Numbered from the stretch's first letter, positions 37,879-48,690 are shown. The stretch is 64,000 nucleotides of DNA from an uncultured Chloroflexia bacterium (GCA_963827805.1 CAWHCC010000003.1:491186-555185), one strand, 5' to 3'. Program-made: numbers and translations. Notes: generated by a model from the letters alone, not told the origin.

Positions 37879-38845
37879 GCTCTCCTCCTTCGGATTAAAT
37901 TGATCACACCGGGAGTTGCCAGGGCGATCACAATAATGACGGCTTTGATCAGAGTCTCCCACCAGGTATCGATGGACGCGAAAAGAAATGATATTGTTAA
38001 TTAGTCCCAAAGTGATCGCCCCCATGATTGGACCAGCAATCCCTCCAACACCCCCGCTCATCGCTGTTCCACCAATTACCGCCGCAGTAATTGCTGTCAG
38101 GGTCATTGCAGATCCAATTTCAGCGTTTCCCGAACCACTCAACATAGTAATGGCAATCCCAGCTAAAGCGGACATCAAACCGGAGATTACGTAGGTACTA
38201 AAAATCACGCGTCGCACCGGAACAGCGGTCTGGTAAGCTGCTTCGGCTTTACCACCAACAGCGTATAAATAACGTCCATAACGCGTTCACGCGTAAATAC
38301 CACCAAACAAATAAAATAATCGCGATGACATAAAAAGCAAGTGGGATACCCAGTGGCGTAATCGTTCGATAAATATCTGACACCGTGCGAGGAATTCCAC
38401 CTCCAGGATAGGGCAGCAAATATAGAGCGAAACCCGCGTACAAGAAACCCGTGGCATAAGTTGTAATGATAGGCTGCAAGCGTAAAAAGGCAATAAAAAA
38501 TCCGTTTATCGCGCCCGCTATCAAACCTGCCAAAAGCGCAACCATCATAAACTGCCACATTTGTTCAGGCGTGCCATCCAAACCGACACGAGTTGCCAGG
38601 ATCACATTGATGATTGAAACAATCCCACCTACAGAGATATCAATTCCACCGCCGATCATTACCACAGATTGTCCAACTGCCAGGAATATCATGGGGAGGA
38701 AAACTCGCATATTATTGTTGATCGTATCTAACGTTAACATGTTGGGCTGCAAAATGGCGTTGATCACAATAGCAATTACGAACAAAATAAGAGAGAAAAA
38801 TGCCGGGGAGCGAGCGACCCATTGTTGCAGCGTTGTGCGGTTCAT
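37875..38845 (-). CDS. CUT2 sugar ABC transporter permease 1, carrying two frameshifts
   Basis: Frame 1 (38249..38845) ends ...FVWWYLR. The sequence continues TRYGRYLYAVGGKAEAAYQTAVPVRRVIFSTYV... in a second frame, with the shift at about 38283-38292. The tail ...ASIDTWWETLIKAVIIVIALATPGVINLIRRRRA* is in a third frame, with the shift at an A4/T4 run around 37977-37995. Confidence 0.75.
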
Positions 38846-40414
38846 TGCCCACCTCCAGCTAGAGTTTCGGAGGGAGCTTCGTTGGTAATTCCAAGGCTGG
38901 CGGCAATCAGGTTCTGTTTAGACAATTCCTCTCCTGTTAAATCGGCAACGATCAAACCATCATGTAATACATAAACTTTATCGCACAAACCAATTAACTC
39001 TTCCTCATCACTGCTGTAAAACAGGATGGTTTTGCCTTCATCACAAAGCTGGTTGAGCAAAACGTAAAACTCTCCTTTGGTATCTAACATCAACACCTTT
39101 GGTGGGGTCATCCAAAAGTAGTAATTCGGGCTCGCGTTTCAACCATTTACCAATGACAACTTTTTGAGCATTGCCACCTGATAAGCTGCTAACCGGTTCC
39201 CCTAATCCAGCCATTTTTAGATTCAGGCTTTTCCCAGTTTTATCTGCATCTATTTTTGCTTTGTTAATTCGCAGCGGGAAACCGTATTCCTTCCAGGAGG
39301 GCAGCAACAGATTTTCCAGGATTGAACGGATATAAAGCAATCCTTCACGGGCGCGGTCACCCGGTACCAACGCAATCCCTTTTTTCATAGCTTGTTTCGG
39401 ATGTTTAAAATGGACCCGCTTCCCTTGATATTCTACCTTGCCGGTAAAGGGAATATCGCCAAACAGTGCCAATAACAGATCTCGCTGACCTTGACCTTGC
39501 AGGCCACCTAATCCGATCAATTCACCTTCACGGACCTGGAGATCAACTCCATTGAGCGCGCCTGCATGTAGTTTTGTGATTTCAAGACAAAACGGCTTTT
39601 CAGAGTCATCAATCCCGGTTTCTTGTGTGGTGCGCGCGAATGCAAAAGCTGTCTCTTCTTTGACCATTAAACGCACCAACTCATTGTCGTCCACATCCAC
39701 AATATCCCCTGCTCCGACTGTCTTGCCGTTACGCAGAACGCTGTAGCGATCAGCAATGCGGAATATTTCTTCCATGCGGTGGGAAACAAAAACGATAGCC
39801 TTATTCTGTTCTTTCCAACTGGCGACCAGTTCGAAAAGCCGCTCGACTTGTCTACTATCGAGGCTGGCAGTGGCTTCATCGAGAATGATCATCCAGGGAT
39901 CAAAACTGATCGCCTTCAAGATCTCAAGAATCTGGCGTTCATCAGGAGGTAAGGTAGAAACCAATGTATCGGGGGTCAGATCGGTTTTGTAAGTACCTTT
40001 AAAAAGGGCTAATAGTTCCTGAGTTCGTTCAGTCACCTCTTTACGGTTGATCACCCCAAAACCTCGTTGGGGTTCGCGGGTCAACCAGATATTATCGGCT
40101 ACGGTCATTTGCGGGATCAGGCTTAGCTCTTGGAAAACAGTTGATATCCCCATATCCTTCGCCGCCTGAGGAGAAGAAAATTGCACAGGCTGGCCATCCA
40201 GGTGTAGCTGCCCACCATCGAGGACAACTACACCATTGATAACCTTACTCATCGTGCTTTTTCCGCTTCCATTTGCACCAATAAGCGCAACGACTTCTCC
40301 GGATTTGACATCCAGATGGCCGTCGGCCAGGGCGACGACCCCACCGTAATGTTTAACGATGTTACGGGCAGAAAGCGTTTGGTTCATAAGTTTGGGGGGT
40401 AATGAAACCTCCAA
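38842..40414 (-). CDS. CUT2 sugar ABC transporter ATP-binding protein (two NBDs), frameshifted at about 39085-39100
   Basis: It has Walker A GANGSGKST and the second signature LSGGNAQKV. ...LLLLDDPTKGVDV then loses frame, and the correct continuation DTKGEFYVLLNQLCDEGKTILFYSSDEEEL... is ORF 38842..39111. The likely real start is ATG 40387 (MNQTLSARNIVKHYGG). Confidence 0.8.
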
Positions 40415-40450
40415 GGTTTCTAATAACCCTGGAGGTTTTTTTTGATTGGT

Positions 40451-41785
40451 TTATTTGAAGTAGGTATCGAGTACTTCTTGATCGGTCAGAATATTGTCGA
40501 TCAAGTGAGCATCGGGCTTGTCGGCGCAGTAAGCAATCGCTTCATCCAAATTTTCGTTGGTATGAACAGCAGCCACTGGCAGTACGAAGGATAACCCATT
40601 GGACCCACCCAGCGTAGCCATATCGACTTCTTTACCCATCAGCATATTGTAAGCAATGCGCAACCCAGTAGGGGATACACCCGGTTGGTTCGCCACGGCA
40701 ATCGTCTCAAAGTCTGGATTGGTTTCGAGGACTTCAACCCACAGGTTGATGAACTGGCAGCGGCCTTCGCCAACAGCCACCGGCCACTCAGCAGGGTTCG
40801 CAGCCATCACTGCCTGCAAGGCACCAATCGCCATGCCATCTTGGGTCCAATATCCATCGAGATTGGGGTAAGCGGCCAGGAAGTTCGACATGACCTGTTG
40901 CCCGGTAGCTTCGTCCCATTTTCCCGTGTCGCGGGCCAGTACATTGATACCCGGGTATCCGGCAAAGACTTCGTCAACGCCATTCATGCGAGCGACGTTA
41001 GCGGGATGTCCGGGGAAACCTTCAATTTCCACGATATCGCCTTCACCGCCTAAGGTTTCCGCCAACCAGGTCGCACTGGTCATCGCCCATTCTTTCTGGT
41101 CGATGCCCACATTGTAAACACCAGGTACATTCAGCTCTTGATCGACCGAGATCACAATAATGCCGGCGGCCAGGGCTTCTTCGAGAGTAGCATTCAGACC
41201 ATTGACATCACCTGGGTTGACCAAGATGGCGTCGACTTCTTTAGCAATCAAATTCTGCAACTGTTGAATCTGACCTGCCACATCCGTATCGGCGCTTTCG
41301 ATCACCAGTTCGGTCCCAACACCTGCATCCATATATTCTTGGTTAACTTCGATCAGGCTGGCGATCATCTGGGTGCGGTACTCGCTGCTGATGAAGGGGT
41401 TCGAGATACCAATAGTAAAGGGACCTTCAGCCATCTCGGGTTCTTCACTATCGGCAGCTTCTTCGCCAAAGAAAGTGTCCAACACTTCTTGATCGGTCAG
41501 GATATCGTCGATCAGGTGGGCATCGGGCTTGTCAGCGCAGTACTCAATCGCCTCATCCAAATTCTCGTTGGTATGTACAGCAGCAACCGGCAGTACAAAA
41601 GATAAACCATTGGACCCACCTAAAGTGGATTCATTGACTTTTTCGCCTAACAACATATTGAACGGCAATGCGTAAACCCGTGGGTGACACACCCGGTTGG
41701 TTGGCAACGGCAATCGTCTCAAAGTCTGGATTGGTTTCGAGCACTTCGGTCCACAGATTGATGAACTGGCAGCGGCCTTCGCCAA
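40451..41785 (-). CDS. Sugar ABC substrate-binding protein copy 2, read through in-frame from the C-terminus of copy 1 (no own signal peptide)
   Basis: From ...LPFNMLLGEKVNESTLGG... (tail of copy 1) the frame runs without a stop through the linker GEEAADSEEPEMAEGP. It then enters a second complete periplasmic-binding-protein domain (FTIGISNPFISSEYRTQ ... DQEVLDTYFK*). Confidence 0.7.
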   Translation of the reverse strand: MAKAAASSSICGPKCSKPIQTLRRLPLPTNRVCHPRVYALPFNMLLGEKVNESTLGGSNGLSFVLPVAAVHTNENLDEAIEYCADKPDAHLIDDILTDQEVLDTFFGEEAADSEEPEMAEGPFTIGISNPFISSEYRTQMIASLIEVNQEYMDAGVGTELVIESADTDVAGQIQQLQNLIAKEVDAILVNPGDVNGLNATLEEALAAGIIVISVDQELNVPGVYNVGIDQKEWAMTSATWLAETLGGEGDIVEIEGFPGHPANVARMNGVDEVFAGYPGINVLARDTGKWDEATGQQVMSNFLAAYPNLDGYWTQDGMAIGALQAVMAANPAEWPVAVGEGRCQFINLWVEVLETNPDFETIAVANQPGVSPTGLRIAYNMLMGKEVDMATLGGSNGLSFVLPVAAVHTNENLDEAIAYCADKPDAHLIDNILTDQEVLDTYFK

Positions 41786-42452
41786 CAGCCACCGGCCATT
41801 CAGCTGGGTTCGCAGCCATCACAGCCTGCAAGGCACCAATCGCCATGCCATCTTGGGTCCAATAGCCATCGAGGTTGGGGTAAGCGGCCAGGAAGTTCGA
41901 CATGACCTGTTGTCCGGTAGCTTCGTCCCATTTGCCGGTGTCGCGGGCCAGTACATTGATGCCCGGATATTCAGCAAAGACTTCATCGACACCATCCATG
42001 CGAGCAACGTTAGCGGGATGTCCGGGGAAACCTTCAATCTCCACGATATCGCCTTCGCCGCCTAAGGTTTCCGCCAGCCATGTCGCACTGGTCATCGCCC
42101 ATTCTTTCTGGTCGATGCCCACATTGTAAACACCAGGCACATCCAGCTCTTGATCGACCGAGATCACGATAATGCCGGCGGCCAGGGCTTCTTCGAGGGT
42201 AGCATTCAGACCGTTGACATCACCTGGGTTGACCAAAATGGCGTCGACTTCTTTGGCCATCAAGTTCTGCAATTGTTGAATCTGACCCGCCACATCCGTA
42301 TCGGCGCTTTCAATCACCAACTCAGTTGTGATCCCAGCATCCATATATTCCTGGTTGACTTCGATCAGGCTGGCGATCATCTGGGTGCGGTACTCGCTGC
42401 TGATAAAGGGGTTCGAGATACCTATGGTGAATTTCCCATCATCACCAGCAGG
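40455..42452. repeat. Tandem duplication, two units of ~1011-1012 bp
   Basis: CTTCTTGATCGGTCAG occurs at 40474 and 41485 (offset 1011). CCGGTTGG..GCAATCGTCTCAAAGTCTGGATTGGTTTCGAG occurs at 40681 and 41693 (offset 1012). Identity is high by eye along the whole unit. Confidence 0.85.
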
Positions 42453-42620
42453 CTCTTCAGGCATTGCCTCCTCTTCCTCAGGCATGGCTTCCTCTTCAGG
42501 TTCCGAAACTTCAGGCTCTTCAGGCGCCATTGTTTCGGTTGCATCCGAGCCACAAGCTGCCAAAGCTACGAATAACATCACGAAAACCAGCAAAAAGCTA
42601 AGTAGTTTTATCTTCTTCAT
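41631..42620 (-). CDS. Sugar ABC substrate-binding lipoprotein copy 1 (3' end frameshifted at about 41670)
   Basis: ATG 42620 has AGGAGA upstream. The lipobox is FVALAACGS, followed by an acidic/Pro linker and then a PBP type-1 fold sequence. Relative to copy 2, the stretch CGCATTGCCGTTCAATATG has one extra nucleotide. Confidence 0.75.
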   Translation of the reverse strand: MKKIKLLSFLLVFVMLFVALAACGSDATETMAPEEPEVSEPEEEAMPEEEEAMPEEPAGDDGKFTIGISNPFISSEYRTQMIASLIEVNQEYMDAGITTELVIESADTDVAGQIQQLQNLMAKEVDAILVNPGDVNGLNATLEEALAAGIIVISVDQELDVPGVYNVGIDQKEWAMTSATWLAETLGGEGDIVEIEGFPGHPANVARMDGVDEVFAEYPGINVLARDTGKWDEATGQQVMSNFLAAYPNLDGYWTQDGMAIGALQAVMAANPAEWPVAVGEGRCQFINLWTEVLETNPDFETIAVANQPGVSPTGLRIAVQYVVRRKSQ

Positions 42621-42772
42621 TTCTTCTAATCTCCTAGTAATTTGATCCTTGATTTGAATATTGCCTAGCGAGATTGTGAAATCGCGAAAATCATTATTCA
42701 ACAATCCAGGTAGGTGAAATAAATATAATTTTTGTCGGGACTTTACCTCCTTTTTCGAGTATGACTTTTTGA

Positions 42773-44032
42773 TTAGAAAGCATAACGCAAACCATCTTCC
42801 ACCACGAATAAATATTCCAACGCAAGCATGACCGCACCCAATATCCCGGCATCAGGGCCTGTTCGGGAGAAATTGATGGTCAGGTTTGATGTTGCCAAAG
42901 GAAGCGAGCGTCGTAGAACTGCCCGTTTAACAGCAATTAGTAGATGGTTGCCAAAATTACTGATACCGCCAGTGATAAAGATATGGCTCGGGTTGAAAAA
43001 ATTTACGAGACCAGCCAACACATCTCCAATCATCTGACCGCTGGCACGAATAATTTCAAGAGCTGCCTCATCTCCCTCTCTGCAGGCTGTACTTACATCT
43101 TCGGGAGTCAATTTTCCACCGTTATCATCCATCATCCTGGCAAGTATTTCGCTCTTCCCGTCTAAGCTGGCTTCCAGTGCTTTTTTGGCAATTGCGGGGC
43201 CGGCAGCCATGGCTTCCAGGCAGCCACGGTTACCACAACGACAAACCGGCCCATTTTTATCCACGCAGATATGACCGATATCCCCTGCACAGCCATTGTT
43301 GCCGCGGTGAATTTTCCTGCTGGCCATAATGCCACAGCCAATACCCGTTCCAATTTTTATAACTAAGAAATGGTCAATATCTTCCGCATCACCTGAGCGT
43401 TGTTCGCCCAACGCCATTATGTTGACATCATTATCGATTACCACGAAAGCAAAAGGGAAGGTTTCTTTTAGGAAACTGCGTATGGGAAAATTTTCCCAAT
43501 CCGGCATCAGGGGCGGGGCTACCAAAATGCCGTGGGCAAAATCTACTGGTCCAGGAACCCCCACACCAATCCCCAAAATCTGCCTGGGAGGAATTTTTTC
43601 TGCTAATGCAATTTCAAGGATCAGCGCGCTGCAACGACTTAGAACCTCTTCGGGAGGCTGGCGTACATCAGCAGGTTCAGCTGCGCGCTTGAGTATTTTG
43701 CCATTCACATCGGCCAAAGCTATTTCGAGGCTTGTAGCTCCAATATCAATACCAACCACATATCCTAGTTGGTTGTTTAAAGACAAAAGGCGCGGCTTGC
43801 GCCCGCCTTTTGACAATCCCTTGCCTGTCTCTACCAAAAAACCCTTCTCAATCATAGAATTGATCTCTTGAGAGGTTTTTGCTCGAGACCAACCAATAAC
43901 TTCAGTAATCTCAGGGCGGGAGGTTTGACCATTTTTGCGCAAGACCCGCATAACCGCGCCTTCAGCCGCGCTTAAAACCACTGGAGCCTTATAAAAATTG
44001 TGAGGTTTAGAAGGAGAGATATTTTCACTCAT
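42773..44032 (-). CDS. ROK-family transcriptional repressor (wHTH + ROK sugar-binding domain)
   Basis: The N-terminal MarR-like HTH is VLRKNGQTSRPEITEVIGWSRAKTSQEINSMIEKGFL. The ROK signature is AGDIGHICVDKNGPVCRCGNRGCLEAMAAG. Confidence 0.85.
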   Translation of the reverse strand: MSENISPSKPHNFYKAPVVLSAAEGAVMRVLRKNGQTSRPEITEVIGWSRAKTSQEINSMIEKGFLVETGKGLSKGGRKPRLLSLNNQLGYVVGIDIGATSLEIALADVNGKILKRAAEPADVRQPPEEVLSRCSALILEIALAEKIPPRQILGIGVGVPGPVDFAHGILVAPPLMPDWENFPIRSFLKETFPFAFVVIDNDVNIMALGEQRSGDAEDIDHFLVIKIGTGIGCGIMASRKIHRGNNGCAGDIGHICVDKNGPVCRCGNRGCLEAMAAGPAIAKKALEASLDGKSEILARMMDDNGGKLTPEDVSTACREGDEAALEIIRASGQMIGDVLAGLVNFFNPSHIFITGGISNFGNHLLIAVKRAVLRRSLPLATSNLTINFSRTGPDAGILGAVMLALEYLFVVEDGLRYAF

Positions 44033-44230
44033 AAACAAAAAAATAGACTAACTAAATTTTTGTAACGCTATCATACAAGAAGTTTATAGCACAAGGTCTT
44101 TGTTAACTCAATAGCAAATATTGTTTACCATAATTAGAACTTTGAATATTTCAAGTACAAAGACTCGAGTGCCACAGCCGGATAGAATTGGTCAACATTG
44201 AAATAAATTATCGTTGAAAACCAATTTTAT

Positions 44231-45418
44231 TCAATAAATTTCTGAACTATTTTGCCGGTAGACTTCTCTTTTAATATTCAGCTTCGTACGCCCATCCGGC
44301 ATCACCTCTTCCTTTACCAGATGATGAGCCTCATCATAATCCTTCAAGGCGCTTTCACTCTCCGTAGTATCCGCACCCCGCCAAACTTCTAATTTGATGG
44401 GTTCCCATTTTTTTGATTTTGCAGCTTTATAACTGGCATCTATGATGGCATTGACGATATATCCATCATAGAAAGTCTCCATCGGAGCTGTGCCAGCATC
44501 CATCGCCTGGAACATATCTTTAAACATATCCAAATATCCAAGAGATACCACTTCATCTCCTACCGGGAAAAGCCAGCCAGTATCACCCTCAGCTTTTTCG
44601 GCTACATAGCCACCCTGGCCGACGCTCGTAAACATTTCGAATCCAGTCCGCAGCCAGTGATTTAGCCAAATGGTGCCTTCGGTTCCGGCGATCTCATCCC
44701 TCAAATCCATCCCACCACGGAAAGTCCAACTAACTTCGAACTGACCTATGGCGCCATTTGCATACCGCACCAATCCGACGGCGTGATCCTCGGCCTCAAT
44801 GGGATGAACCTGAGTATCCGCCCAGCAAGTGACCTCAAGTGGGCGCACATCTTTCCCGATAAAATCGCGGGCAATTTCTATACAATGACAGCCTAAATCT
44901 ACGATCGCCCCACCACCCGAACGTTCTACATCCCAGAACCAATCACTATGTGGTCCGCTGTGCGTTTCCCGTGAGCGAGCCCACAAAATTTTGCCCAATG
45001 CACCATTTTTAACAGATTGCAATGCCTTAAGAGTTTTCGGCGTATAGACCAAGTCTTCCAAATAGCCGTGGAAAACCCCGGTCTCTTCTACAATGTCTAA
45101 CATGGCTTTTGCTTCTGCACCACTTGTCGCCAAAGGTTTTGTGCACAACACTGCTTTGCCAGCCTCAGCCGCCAGTTGAACTGCGTGTTTGTGCAGATTA
45201 TTGGGCAAGCCAATGACAACTGTGTCTGTTTCTGGATCTTGGATGGCGTCTTCAATACTCGCACTCCAACGAGGTATTCCAAACTCTTCGGCAAATGCCT
45301 GAGCGCTCTCCTCAGTCCTCGAGCAAATCATACTTACTTCACAATTCGGTATCATTTGAAGGGTAATGGTGTAAAAACGGCCAATCAACCCGGTTCCAAG
45401 CATCGTAATCTTGTGCAT
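44231..45418 (-). CDS. Gfo/Idh/MocA-family oxidoreductase
   Basis: The start is ATG 45418 ([16 protein letters not shown]) with GAGGAG upstream. The family motif is CTKPLAT. The track's longer N-terminus begins at a non-ATG codon in the promoter region. Confidence 0.85.
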   Translation of the reverse strand: MHKITMLGTGLIGRFYTITLQMIPNCEVSMICSRTEESAQAFAEEFGIPRWSASIEDAIQDPETDTVVIGLPNNLHKHAVQLAAEAGKAVLCTKPLATSGAEAKAMLDIVEETGVFHGYLEDLVYTPKTLKALQSVKNGALGKILWARSRETHSGPHSDWFWDVERSGGGAIVDLGCHCIEIARDFIGKDVRPLEVTCWADTQVHPIEAEDHAVGLVRYANGAIGQFEVSWTFRGGMDLRDEIAGTEGTIWLNHWLRTGFEMFTSVGQGGYVAEKAEGDTGWLFPVGDEVVSLGYLDMFKDMFQAMDAGTAPMETFYDGYIVNAIIDASYKAAKSKKWEPIKLEVWRGADTTESESALKDYDEAHHLVKEEVMPDGRTKLNIKREVYRQNSSEIY

Positions 45419-45463
45419 TTTTAAACTCCTCTCAATCAGCAGAAATGTACGAACAATACAAAT

Positions 45464-45493
45464 ATTATATTTGAAATCACACAAAAATGTCAA
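45464..45493 (-). promoter_or_regulatory. Near-consensus promoter for the 44231..45418 gene (TTGACA - 18 nt - TATAAT)
   Basis: On the minus strand, TTGACA lies at 45493-45488 and TATAAT at 45469-45464. The operator-like TGTTCGTACATTT (45455-45443) follows just downstream. Confidence 0.55.
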
Positions 45494-45495
45494 TG

Positions 45496-45524
45496 TTGCG
45501 AATGTTCGTACATTTTGCTATAAT
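45496..45524 (+). promoter_or_regulatory. Promoter for the URO-D-like/GntR operon (TTGCGA - 17 nt - TATAAT) with operator-like repeat in the spacer
   Basis: TTGCGA is at 45496-45501 and TATAAT at 45519-45524. TGTTCGTACATTT at 45503-45515 is the exact reverse complement of 45443-45455. Confidence 0.5.
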
Positions 45525-45571
45525 TTAGAAACTTCCCAAGAAAATTTATCAGAATGGTAGGAGTGCAATGA

Positions 45572-46723
45572 ATGGATTTTTCACCCAGAGAACGTGTTTA
45601 TGCTGCCATGAACCACGAAGAACCCGACCGGGTCCCTCTAGCTTTGGGCGGCGGGCCTTATGGGATTGTTGATGAAGTTTATTTAAAATTATTAGATTAT
45701 TTAGAGCTTGGCAAATCTGTTCCACCGTTCCGAACAGGTCACAGCATATCTTATATGGATGATCGGTTACTCGACAAGCTGGGAACGGATATCCGGTATG
45801 TTTATCCCAAACTACTGCCCAACAGCCCTGTACTGCCTGGGGGTGAGCCTGATACTTTCAAAGATAGCTATGGTCAAATTTGGCATAAAGCAAAACCATA
45901 TTATTATGCCGGCACCGGGCTCCTGAGCCAGATGCAGCCCGAGGGCGATCTGAATTCACTTTTGGTTTTGCCGAATCCGGAAGACCCGAAATGGATGACC
46001 GGGGTAGCAGAAAGAGCCAAATTTCTACGGGAAACTACAGATTATTTCGTCGCTATGCGGATGGTGGCTTCGCACGGTCCCTTCCAAACGGCCTGTGATT
46101 TGCGCGGCACCGAAAATTTTTTAATGGATATGGGACTTTATCCCGAATTTGCTGAGGAATTGCTGACACGGATTGGGGATTTCCAATTGGGTTTATTTCG
46201 GCAAGCTATGGAAACCGGCGGTGATTATTTTGATTTGATCGAATTTCCAGGGGACGATTATGCTTCCAATGTTGGCACGATCATTTCACCCCTAATGTTT
46301 CGCAAGTTTATCAAACCAGTTCTTGTTCGCTTCGTTGAAACAATCCGCGGTTACAAACCTGGCATCAAAATTATGTTCCATAGTGACGGGATGATTACCT
46401 CATTGCTAGATGATTTAATTGAGATTGGCGTGGATGTAATTCATCCACTTGAACCCCTCTCTGGCATGGATTTTATAGCGATTAAACAACGGTATGGTCA
46501 GCGGGTTACATTTTTAGGAGCAATAGACATCAGCCACGCCTTACCTGGCAAAAAGGCAGACGTAATTAAAGAGGTCCAAACCCGTATTTCAGAGTTGGCA
46601 CCCGGAGGAGGGTATATCCTCGCACCCTCCAACCATATCCAGGCAGACGTTCCAGTTGAAAATGTTGTTACGCTTTACGAGGCCGCTCAACATTTTGGAA
46701 CTTATCCGCTAAAAGCAAACTGA
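45572..46723 (+). CDS. Uroporphyrinogen-decarboxylase (URO-D) family protein (MtaA/CmuA-like fold), function unknown
   Basis: ERVYAAMNHEEPDRVPL at the N-terminus, FHSDGMI and ILAPSNHIQADVPVENV at the C-terminus are typical of non-HemE URO-D family members. Confidence 0.6.
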   Translation: MDFSPRERVYAAMNHEEPDRVPLALGGGPYGIVDEVYLKLLDYLELGKSVPPFRTGHSISYMDDRLLDKLGTDIRYVYPKLLPNSPVLPGGEPDTFKDSYGQIWHKAKPYYYAGTGLLSQMQPEGDLNSLLVLPNPEDPKWMTGVAERAKFLRETTDYFVAMRMVASHGPFQTACDLRGTENFLMDMGLYPEFAEELLTRIGDFQLGLFRQAMETGGDYFDLIEFPGDDYASNVGTIISPLMFRKFIKPVLVRFVETIRGYKPGIKIMFHSDGMITSLLDDLIEIGVDVIHPLEPLSGMDFIAIKQRYGQRVTFLGAIDISHALPGKKADVIKEVQTRISELAPGGGYILAPSNHIQADVPVENVVTLYEAAQHFGTYPLKAN

Positions 46724-46738
46724 CAAGAGCGCAAAATC

Positions 46739-47528
46739 ATGAGCACACACCCCATTCCCCCTCATCAACTAAAAATTGCCGATCTATCTTTCAAACCGGT
46801 TGACTCCAAAAGTCCGGTTCCTCTATACTATCAAATCAGCCAGGATTTGAGACAGATGATTGAGGAGCACACAATTCCCCCAGGATCAATCTTACCGCCT
46901 GAAGTTGAAATATCACAAGTGTATGGTGTAGGCCGCCAAACTGTGCGACAGGCAATTGCTCGACTGGTTGATGATAATTTGGTGGATCGATATGCTGGTA
47001 AAGGTACCTTCGTGCGGGACCACGCGGAACGGTCCAGTTTTCATCTGGATCGGAGTTTTAGTCAGCACGTGCGTGATTTGGGGATGATTCCCAGTTCAGA
47101 AAACCTTTGTCAGGAAGATAATCTGATCTCGGAAGATTCCTATGCAATTCTCAAATCCTATATAGGGCAGCCTTGCTTGAATTTGAGAGCGCGTGCGCTA
47201 TGGGAATATGGAACCAATTTGCTATCAATCAACCACAGTGCTAACTAATAGATGTGTTGGACTCGGTAAATTTGATTTTTCTCAAAAATCCTTATATGAG
47301 GTTTTAGCAAAGGAATTCGAACTTATCATTACCCGCATAGAGCATTTAATTCGAGCAGTTGGGGCGGACAATTATCGGGCCGAATACCTCAAAGTGGATG
47401 CAGGAGCACCGTTATTGTTTGTCGCCACAACTGCTTATCTGGAAAGCGGGGAATTTATTGAGCATACTTTAAGCCACTATCGCGCGGACCGATATGAGTA
47501 CCGAACTGAAGAGGTGCGCAGCTCTTAA
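46739..47528 (+). CDS. GntR/HutC-family transcriptional regulator (wHTH + UTRA), frameshifted at about 47190-47215
   Basis: The HTH is PLYYQISQDLRQMIEEHTIPPGSILPPEVEISQVYGVGRQTVRQAIARLVDDNLV. The UTRA domain continues in ORF 47193..47528 (VRYGNMEPICYQSTTVL...LSHYRADRYEY). Confidence 0.8.
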
Positions 47529-47551
47529 CCAAAAGATTTGTGGCGTTCCAA

Positions 47552-48655
47552 TCATACCGGTATTGAGGTAGATTTTGAATTTTCTCGCACCTCGTCTGCG
47601 GTTACTTCCCGACCCAATTTGCTCGAGAGATAAATGCCTTCTGAGATCAGCATGGTATTGAGTGCCAATTCAGCCGTCGGAAGCAGGTCGACCCGCCCCT
47701 GAAGGGCCGCGACCCAATGATGTTGGGCGCTATCATAAATGTCGCCTTGTTCGTGAACATGGTGGAGACGATAATTAAACTCTCCCAAATCTACTGTACT
47801 GTTTAAAGACAAATCTCCAGCACTGTGAAAGAAACCAAAAGGTTCTAATCTCACCCCACCTTGGCTGCCAACCACATAAGACCCTTCGAAGCCATCCAGG
47901 TGAATGGCCCAAGATTCCAGGATATCTAACGTCACCTCGCCCTCAAAACGCACAAATCCCATCCCCAGTTCTTCCACGTTATAACCACTAATCTCTCGCC
48001 GTCTGGTATCCATCTCAGTTTCTTGATAAATTTTCCCCGAAATCCGGAGAGGTTGGGGGTTATCAAGAAGATACAATATCTGAATAATATGATATACACC
48101 CATATCATAGAGAGCTCCACCCGAAGCATTTTCTTTTTGCACAAATGTTGGTGTGCCATACCCATCGACATAGGGTCGACCACGGCGGCGGAAACCATAC
48201 GAGCGCGCATGATAACGGTTTCCCAGTAAACCCTGGTCGATGATTGAGCGAGCAGCTCTAGTTTCTACTTCGAACAATAAACGAGATTGAATCGACAGTT
48301 TAAGGCCGGCTTCTTGTGCCTTAGCGTACATCGCTTCGGCATCAATATACGAACCCGCCATCGGTTTTTCACAATAAACATGCTTTCCTGCCTCTAATGC
48401 CGCAATAGTGACAGGCTTATGCAGATTATTGTGTAAACAGACATCCACTGCATGGATATCGTCGCGGGTTAATATCTCTCGAAAATCCGTATAAGTATCG
48501 TGGATTTGGTAATCTTCAGAAACACGCTCAAGTTCGGACCTATTAATATCGCTGATCGCAACCAATTCCGCGTTCGGGATTTTTGCGTAATTATCCAGAT
48601 GATGCTTTCCAATTTGACCAACACCAATGCAGCCAATTCGGATTTTTTCTGGCAT
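47552..48655 (-). CDS. Gfo/Idh/MocA-family oxidoreductase
   Basis: The N-terminus is [15 protein letters not shown] and the family motif is YCEKPMA. Confidence 0.85.
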   Translation of the reverse strand: MPEKIRIGCIGVGQIGKHHLDNYAKIPNAELVAISDINRSELERVSEDYQIHDTYTDFREILTRDDIHAVDVCLHNNLHKPVTIAALEAGKHVYCEKPMAGSYIDAEAMYAKAQEAGLKLSIQSRLLFEVETRAARSIIDQGLLGNRYHARSYGFRRRGRPYVDGYGTPTFVQKENASGGALYDMGVYHIIQILYLLDNPQPLRISGKIYQETEMDTRRREISGYNVEELGMGFVRFEGEVTLDILESWAIHLDGFEGSYVVGSQGGVRLEPFGFFHSAGDLSLNSTVDLGEFNYRLHHVHEQGDIYDSAQHHWVAALQGRVDLLPTAELALNTMLISEGIYLSSKLGREVTADEVRENSKSTSIPV

Positions 48656-48690
48656 CTTTCTCTCCTATTTTACGCTAACAACCTTGAAAC

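Noticed and set aside
36910-38217. A single 435-aa protein, as listed in the ORF track.
   Set aside because: It is a chimera. Its first ~113 codons are the frameshifted C-terminal part of permease 1. The real permease 2 starts at ATG 37878 with a strong RBS.
40451-41785. The N-terminus MAKAAASSSICGPKCSKPIQTL... as the real start of an independent binding protein.
   Set aside because: That segment is an out-of-frame reading of copy 1's coding sequence. It has no signal peptide and no RBS. The frame only becomes meaningful from ...LPFNMLLGEK onward.
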